Source: Chrysomallon squamiferum (Eukaryota > Animalia > Mollusca). Taken from it: DNA of 64,000 bases. Below the pieces are notes generated by a model. It was given only the letters and a program-made list of their open reading frames with translations, had not been told where the DNA came from and did not search any database. The first letter of the stretch is position 1; each line of letters begins with the position of its first letter. Position numbers and translations under genes: made by a program. Location: NCBI GenBank assembly GCA_012295275.1, contig CM022667.1, positions 3,224,001 through 3,288,000 on the forward strand. The letters are read 5' to 3'. Positions 55,545 to 64,000 of this stretch are shown piece after piece.

Positions 55545-57178
55545 ATGCCCAAATGTTTAATACATGCAGTCCGAGACTACAAATCAGGAAAATACGCAGG
55601 GGGTATTGGTAAGAACTTTTACAAATAGGACGTGCATAATCCGAAGATTGGGTGGTGCCTCTCTGCCCTTTTCGTCAGCAACCGTTAATACAGTTTATTG
55701 TCGGAATAATGACACAATTAAAAAACATTGCATTAAAAAATTATTTGGTTTGGTTCTCGACATTTAACGAAATGTTGTCAATAGTTAACTCTAAATATAA
55801 TTATTTATATAAACGTGATTTTCAATATTTAACGGACGTCGGCGGCTGTTTTATGTGACGTCATATTGCAGGTGCCCCTAATTACTATTTTTCAGTATAG
55901 CTCCTATAGTTTCGTTTCAAAACTGGAAACTGTCATACTTTTAACTGGCATCATGAGTAACGTAAATAGAATACAAATATTTATTTATTTATTTATTTAT
56001 TTAGTTTTATTTATTTATTTTTTGAAGCCTACGACCCGTTTGTGATGACAACACGGTCTGGACTGTCTATCAACACAGTTCCACGTGGCAGCAAATTCAC
56101 CTCCCTTCGCCGAATCTCGTCCGTCGGGTCAACAACCTCAGATGATGGGAAGTTAAGCGTTAAAAAGAAACCTATCCAGAGCGTCTCTCGCTCTCTTCAC
56201 TGTCTTTCCTTCGTAACACGGTTCTACATAGGCCGCCGTTTGCCCAGCCTAGATTTGACTGCAATCGCTTCTAAAGAGTTCGTTCACTGGAAAGAAGAAC
56301 TCCTATCTCTGTGGGAAATGAAACGAGCAGACGGAGAAGAAGAAAACGACGCGAGAACTTCGGAGCAATCTACGGATTACCACGATAATGTCATGGAGAG
56401 TTTATGGAAGGGAGCGAACTCGCTAAGCAAAAGTGACAGCGGCATCGGTATGAAAGAAAGCAAATACAGGCTGTCCCATCTTTCACCCAGTTGCACCGAA
56501 GCTGACGATTCGTGCACTAGTTTCGGTCTTGTGAAAAAAGAAAGCCATCTCGGTTACCAACAGCTGTTTTGTTCGTCAGAGCCGGGATTACCTGTTGTCG
56601 AGGTTAACTCGTTACCGAATGCTGCGGCGAGAAGGTTCGTTGCGTCGAATATTTTGGCTCCGGCATCGATTACCTCATCTCCCCGACTACCGGTCGCCAC
56701 TGGAATAACTCCGTTTCACACTGTAACCACTGGTAACCAGTCAGAGAGCGATATGATTGAATCGAGCAGACGAAAACGAGGATGTACGAAATTTTACGAC
56801 AACAACCAAAAGGAAGGCAGCGTTGGGGAGGGCGACTTAAAATTCAGCGCAAACGACACGGAACTTCAGTCGAAGTCGGCCTGCAAACAGCTCACGTGGA
56901 CTAACGGAAACAACCGAAATGCGTGCAATATATGTGGAAAGATTTTCTCTCGTTCCTGGCTCCTCAAGGGCCACGTCAGGACCCACACGGGCGAGCGACC
57001 TTTCCGCTGCACCTTTCCCAACTGTGACAAAGCATTTGCGGACAAATCCAATCTCCGATCTCACCTGTTGATTCACAAGACTGAGAGGAAAACGTACACG
57101 TGTCCAAAGTGTTCGAGATCTTTCGCCCAGAAGCGCTACCTCCATAAACACATGCAGGAAGTGTGTCGAATGTTGTGA
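55545..57178 (+). CDS. Divergent Snail/Scratch-superfamily zinc-finger transcription factor, ~404 aa. Exons 55545-55608 and 56028-57178
   Basis: Fingers [50 protein letters not shown] and [22 protein letters not shown] (terminal C2HC) match the last three Snail/Scratch fingers. Exon 1 [21 protein letters not shown] ends in G|GTAAGA and joins TTTGAAG|CC in frame. Confidence 0.85.
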
Positions 57179-57221
57179 CTCGCTCGATCAGTTCTGAACA
57201 TTCGTTTTTTATATTATTTGT

Positions 57222-57307
<86 letters not shown>

Positions 57308-57952
57308 ACGTAAAATGTTAATGTACAGTACTGAAAACAAAACTCAAAATGATATTTTTTTTTAACATAATCGTGCTGCTACGTTTACTGAAAATGTATT
57401 TGACAAAACAATACATAATCTGAATATGATAAATTATCATTTACTCGTTACGTTACATCAGCGTTACTATTTCTGAGAAGCTTATCACCTTAATTTCAAC
57501 GAACGCAATATTTCAATTTATATGCAAATTTTAATGTGACAAAAACCTACTAAATTATAATTCGAAAACTTTATTAATTTATTTTTTTAATGTAACAATT
57601 TTTATATTTTTTTAAATTTTATTTTTTTTTTATTTATTTACTGAAAATATAACTCAAATCAATAACGTACTCTGATTTTTTTGTCCAAAAAGTCATACGT
57701 GCCAGTCAGTCATACAGTCGGAGAGGCAGACAGGTGAATCTGTACCTGACTGAACTGCTCCAGAGAGGAGAAGTCTGATGGGCTCTGCTATTAATGCACG
57801 TGTGTTGTGATTGTGTTTTGTATAAATCTGTAATCATGACTCCAGCTGCTTGGAGAAGAAGTTTGGTAGTCGACGACTAAACTTAATTAATTATTCTTGT
57901 AACAGCTCAGTTTCTTACGTTTTCTATAAGGGACTTGTAAACACTTATTTGG

Positions 57953-58004
<52 letters not shown>

Positions 58005-59131
58005 TTTAAATTATTATTTTGAGTTATGTGCATAATTCTGAATATATATATATATATATATTTATATATATTTTTATGTATGCATGTATGTATGTATGTA
58101 TATGTATTTATGTATGTATGTATGTATGTATGTATGTATGTATGTATGCATGTACGTACATGTGTGTATATATCTGTGTGGCTTGTATCTGTGTGTCTCG
58201 GTTTGTGTGGGTGTGTATGCGAGCGCTTTTCTGTATTAATTTGAGTGATATGTCCGTGCTTTTAGATATCATTTTGATGATAAGAATTTGCTATTTAGAT
58301 ATTATTATAACAGAAATCAGATGACTAAATTTAACAGAATTCCCACCAATGTCAATAAAATTAATACAAAGTCTTTACATAGTTCTCCGATTGTTGTTTC
58401 TCTTTTCTCCCCAATTCTTCCGTTCTCGGACACGACCTTGAACTTCGTTTTAAACTGTATCACTACTGGCATGTATGACTTTTGAAAGGTTACCGTAATT
58501 TGAATCGATTCATATTGAAACCCAACTCAAAAGAGTAAATACGTAATTTTAACCTCCTTTTGAACTTACTGAAAATGTGTAATATGGATATTTTGTTATT
58601 TTAAGCATGGTAACAACTGTTCTCAGGAATATACGTAAAAATTATAATTTAAAAAATGGCGTAATTCACGTCATACGTAATGTCTCGCTGAAACGACTGT
58701 CTTTCTTGAACAAGCATTTCTGTGATATTGGTGACTTGTAAATAAAACACGTGTGTACAGAGAACGTAAATAAAACAATTTTTTTCAGTATTTGCTTCTG
58801 TGTGAATTTTTTTCTGAAAAAGAATGAAAGTTTATTTGCACACCTTTTAGAACTTCGTCGTGTAAATCTCCTCCAAAGAAAGTTTCACTAATTTGTAACA
58901 AGTGGCGATATGTGGTTTACTGTTTATGGGTAGGCAGACGTTGTATAAAATCCTTTACGCTAATTCTAAATTAGTGCCTTTTTCGTGTTAAGACCTAACA
59001 AATGTTATCAAATAATGCGTATAATTAGCGTTGTTAACAAAATTAACATTTATCAAAATTCTTGTATGTATTCTGATACAATAACACACTTAATTTAATA
59101 TGTAAAATATTAGATTTTAATTTGTGACAAA

Positions 59132-59222
<91 letters not shown>

Positions 59223-59224
59223 AT

Positions 59225-59293
<69 letters not shown>

Positions 59294-60073
59294 TTCATAT
59301 ACCTATATACTATAACTTATATAGTTAAAATAAATAAATAAAAAATTAATAAATAAATAAATAAATATATATATATATATATAAATAAAAAAAAAAAAAA
59401 AAAAAAAATAAAATAAAATAAAATAAACTACATAAAAAAAGATACTGTTTTTTTTTTTTAAAACTATATTCCTGTTGTAACTGAAAATATCGCTTTTTAT
59501 CGTTTTTAAAAGATTTTTGTTACTTTAATGATATATCTGGATTCTGAAACTTGATCAGCAGAGAGATTATAAAGTTATAAATTATTCTTTACGGTAATTT
59601 TGTTCCTTTCAAAATATTTACTATCTGTCCTTAGCTCCTTGTTACGTTCAAGATTCAGCAAAAAAATATAATCTTCATATGTAAAAATGTAGAAAAATTT
59701 AACCAACACTGACATCAGTGGATATATCGTGATTTTGGTTTTAAAAAACTCATTTGAATTTCTATTTTGTATAATGTCTTGATTCATTGCAATTAAATGT
59801 TGTACTCTTAAACAGGTCACAAATGTCAGTTCAAAGTAATATTTAATGGCGAATCTGCTGTGAAAAAAAAAAAAAAAAAAAAAAAAGATGCAACTGAAGT
59901 GAGACTTATAATGATTCTATTTCGTATAGGAAATCAAGATTCAAGGAAACCTTCGAATTTTTATCATTTAAATTATCTCAAAAGTGTTTTGTTTACGTTC
60001 TTAAATCGAATTTTATTTATTTGTATTAACCCGCTCGTGTGACTAGGTTATTGCCGTGGATTGAAATAATCTG

Positions 60074-60106
<33 letters not shown>

Positions 60107-60149
60107 GTTTGTTTGTTTGTTTGTTTGTTTATTCATTTATTTATTTATT

Positions 60150-60585
60150 CACAGGACGACCATCACTTATCCGGCAATGAATTATCCGGTTCAGTCAGTA
60201 ATCCGGGACTAATTTCCGCTAGAACAATTTTAAATTTCCCGTTCCTGCACCACTCGCAAGCACTAGCAAGTCTGTGCATTTCTTTATTATAAGTCGCTGA
60301 CATTTAGCCCCGGTTGTTTAAATCTGACTTACCTGCAAATTCCACCTCTGCATCTCTCAAGTGAAAGTGATGACGTTTCTTATGTAAGACAACAGAATTA
60401 TCTGTAACGTTTATTTTACCGGTATTTCATTAAAATTTCACTTAATTTTTTTCACTTCTTTTTTTCTGCAACACGTTCTGATGTACAAGGTATTTTGTAG
60501 TGACGTAACAATGGATTATCCGATAAACTTATTAATTTATTCGGCACCCTCCCTATACGGATTATTGATACCGGAATGAACTTGT
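60150..60585. mobile_element. Possible degenerate MITE / non-autonomous DNA transposon
   Basis: GC-richer ~430 bp island between TTTA arrays. TTATCCGG/AATCCGG sub-terminal repeats at the left end and CGGATTA/CCGGA-like motifs at the right end. No clean TIR or TSD resolved. Confidence 0.3.
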
Positions 60586-61020
60586 TTGTTTGTTTATATA
60601 TTTATTTATTTATTTACTTGTTTGTTTGTTTATATATTTATTTGTTTGTTTGATTGATTGTTTATTTGTTTGTTTTTATTTATTTTTATTAATTAATTAA
60701 TTTTTTATTTGTTTCTTTGTTCGTGTATTTATTTATTTGTTTATTTGTATATTTATTTATTTATTTTATTTCATTTTTTTTTTTTTTCTTAATTTACTTT
60801 TTTATTTCTTTATATTTTATCATGATATCATTATTGCAATTGTCGTCTTTCGTGCTTTTTATGATCAAAGATTGCATTTTATATATATATATAAAAAAAT
60901 TATTTTCTAGATTTTCGACAAACATTAAGCATTTTTCGTGTTGGCCTGTCGTTACAGTTTTTCTTTATTTCCTGAATATTTCGTAATAAATGAATGCAAC
61001 AGAAAAATATGATGTTTGCT

Positions 61021-61381
61021 ATCAGTGTTTAGACCAGCTTAGAAGTCAGACGAATCAATGTTTAGACAAGCTTAGAAGTCAGAGGAATCAATGTTTAGAC
61101 AAGCTTAGAAGTCAGAGGAATCAATGTTTAGACAAGCTTAGAAGTCAGAGGAATCAATGTTTAGACAAGCTTAGAAGTCAGAGGAATCAATGTTTAGACC
61201 AGCTTAGAAGTCAGACGAATCAATGTTTAGACAAGCTTAGAAGTCTGAGGAATCAATGTTTAGACAAGCTTAGAAGTCAGAGGAATCAATGTTTAGACAA
61301 GCTTAGAAGTCTGAGGAATCAATGTTTAGACAAGCTTAGAAGTCAAAGGAATCAATGTTTAGACCAGCTTAGAAGTCAGAC
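61021..61381 (+). repeat. 33-bp minisatellite, 11 copies
   Basis: Unit ATCAATGTTTAGACAAGCTTAGAAGTCAGAGGA, near-identical copies with no spacers. It lies inside ORF 60990-61409. Confidence 0.95.
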
Positions 61382-61819
61382 TGTCATTCTCCTCAGTGTC
61401 CCCATCTGACTATTTCCAGATACAATCCGAACAATTACCCCACCGCCGTTGTTTAGCTGTTTATGGGAAGGTCTCTGTTAAATACGATTTACTGCTGCTG
61501 ATCAGAAAAACATATAACAGGGATCAAAATTGAAATTGCTACTATTACTATTATGACTGCTACTACTATTACATTTACTACTACTACTACTGCTACTACA
61601 TTTACTACAACTAATATTACTATTGCTACATTCGCTACTACCACTACTAGTACTGCTACAGCTACTACAACAATTACTCTGCTTATACAAATTTTACTAC
61701 TTTTACTACTACTATTACGTTTATTAATATTGTTACTGCTCAGCTATTACTACTACTATTGCACTTATTATAAGTAATGTACACCATTTATTATTACTAC
61801 TGCTGGTGATAATAACAGC

Positions 61820-61880
<61 letters not shown>

Positions 61881-62200
61881 AAATAAATAAATATGGTTAA
61901 TATTAAAATATATATTATTATTACTATTACTATTATTATTATTATTGTTATTGTTGTTATTATTATTATTATTTTCTTTCTTTTTTTCTCTCATTATATA
62001 TTCATTGATATTTCTTTTAAACAGATTATTTTAAATTTAGCCTCTTATAATCTTGTAATACATACTTCATCTTTATTCCCAGGGACAAATATATTTTAGA
62101 AAATGAGTTTTATCTGTTTGATAAAATTATATATAAAAGAAAGAAAAAAGATTAAGAAGACATCGGAGGATATAAATCTTTCTGCCATTTTTATTTTTTA

Positions 62201-62243
<43 letters not shown>

Positions 62244-62487
62244 AAATTTTTTTTTTTTATTTATTTTTATTTTTTTTTTTTATATATTAATTTATATTAT
62301 TCATTCTTACCTATTTCTAATTTTTTTTTTTTTTTTTTTTTGATCGGCATTCCCTTATCAAGCTTAAAATGCAAAATATGCCAGTATTAAACCAGTTCTT
62401 CAATCTAAACAGTTCCGACTGAGAGAGAAAAAATAAATAACACTTCATTTTCTCAGGCATCCTGATCATATTTTATTTCATAGACCA

Positions 62488-62519
<32 letters not shown>

Positions 62520-62547
62520 AATTTAAATATCTAAAAAAAAAAAAAAG

Positions 62548-62629
<82 letters not shown>

Positions 62630-62946
62630 AGAAAAAACACTCCATCAGAAAACAATCTTTCCAAGAGCATAAGGAGGCCCTGTCTGGGTTAAGAAAAGAG
62701 AAATGACGGTAGTGCTATATTTACAATGAAGAGATGGCTAAATTAAAAACAATAATGATAATAATGTAAATGAAATAAAATAAATAAATAAATAACAAAG
62801 AAAAAAAAAAAAAGAAAAGAAATTAAAATCAGTACAAACGAAAAGGTTTCGGAAGATAAAAAAAAAAAAAAAAAATTAAAAATTTTCAGGACCACACAAA
62901 AATAATATATTTTTAAAAGAATTTTTTAAAAGCTGTTTCTTGTTTT

Positions 62947-62981
<35 letters not shown>

Positions 62982-63049
62982 TACATTATAATTAAATCAA
63001 AATTTGGAAAATCCAACTAACAAGATCTAAGGCAGGATCTTTCAAAATC

Positions 63050-63910
63050 AGGATCACGTGATAGGCCACGCAAGGTGGAGGTTTGTTCCTATTCCAAAAT
63101 TTTAAAGAAAGAAGGAAACAAAGAATGAAAAGAAAAGAAAAGAAAAGAATGAATTAAACAGTTAAAAAAATTCAGTGGTTAAACCACACAAAAATAAATA
63201 AGTACAAATAATAAATTAATTAATCGACTAGTTTAAAAAGAAATCAGAGTTATCGGAGAAGTAACCAAAATGTTACTTTGATAGTCAAAAAAAAAAAAAA
63301 AAACTTAAACGAAACCACACACTGGAATTCGATTTAATAAATATTAAATACAGTATTCAAATTATGTTCAAAATGTCTTGTTGCTTGGCGCTGTGGCACT
63401 TCAACAAACCAAAACCTGTCAAAACGGATCCCTCTGCAAACAGGACAGGACGAAACATACCAAAAATAAAAATGGCGACGATGCGTGTACATGTTATATA
63501 TAAAATAAAAAATCTAATAAAATAAATCTGATATTACTTATTTTTAATTTATTAATTTTATTATTATTATTATTATTTTTTTTTTTTGCTGTTTTTTCTT
63601 CTTCTTTTTTTATTTGTTTATTTTATTATTATTATTATTATTGTGGTCACATCTTTAGTAATAAAAAGAAAAAAACTTAAGATTTATCTCAATGTTGTTT
63701 TTGCTTAATGAAGTCAGCAGTAATTACCACAATCAACTACTAACATTAAATGTCTGATTTTCTTTTTTCTAGTGTTTATTCTTTTTTTTTTTTTTTTTTT
63801 TTCTAAAATAATTTTTGTAAAAAATAAAAAATAAAATTAACTACGAAAATTGATCACGTGACACGTCAAATCAAACCGCCATTTTTAATGCTTAATTTCC
63901 ATGACAACCT
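63050..63910. promoter_or_regulatory. Promoter-like motif cluster at the window end (gene not visible)
   Basis: ATCACGTGAT 63053-63062, ATCACGTGAC 63853-63862, YY1-type AAAATGGCG 63469-63477 and CCGCCATTTT 63876-63885, and X-box-like TTTCCATGACAAC near 63896-63908. Confidence 0.4.
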
Positions 63911-64000
63911 ACGTTCACCTGAGAATAGAAAGAAGGTCATGCCTTTAATAAGGGATCCAACGAAAAATGGTTTCAAACTTATACATGTAAATAAATAAAT

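Noticed and set aside
56042-56047. GTG/ATG at 56042-56047 as the zinc-finger gene start
   Set aside because: An in-frame acceptor at 56027 and an upstream SNAG-like exon give a better gene model.
56428-56460. DSGIG as a Snail-type beta-TrCP degron, and SLDLT as a CtBP motif, in the zinc-finger protein
   Set aside because: Neither matches the full consensus (DSGxxS; PxDLS), so both are too weak to claim.
61021-61381. 33-bp repeats as a CRISPR array
   Set aside because: Units are contiguous with no unique spacers, no cas genes are present, and the context is eukaryotic.

Overview
This is a eukaryotic, very AT-rich, microsatellite-dense animal genomic window. The taxon is inferred as an invertebrate, probably a mollusc, from repeat and gene style. 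It holds six protein-coding genes: (1) the 3' part of phosphorylase kinase beta PHKB (+, 13 exons, <1-9995); (2) a TP53INP/DOR autophagy-coactivator gene (-, 22624-27830); (3) the chaperonin-like BBS10 (-, 31491-33755); (4) TONSL (+, 24 coding exons, 34423-50132), head-to-head with BBS10; (5) an intronless 303-aa orphan ORF (-, 52349-53260); (6) a divergent Snail/Scratch-type zinc-finger gene (+, 55545-57178), head-to-head with the orphan, whose SNAG-like first exon is missing from the ORF track. Main observations: tandem arrays or duplications built from real 3' splice sites in three introns; single-base frameshifts in PHKB and TONSL exons, probably assembly errors; four perfect CRE sites across the orphan/Scratch-like pair, two of them in one inverted repeat; CLEAR/FOXO motifs upstream of TP53INP; and a 33-bp minisatellite inside an open frame. 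I saw no RNA genes or CRISPR arrays. Gene identities come from recalled family motifs, not database searches.
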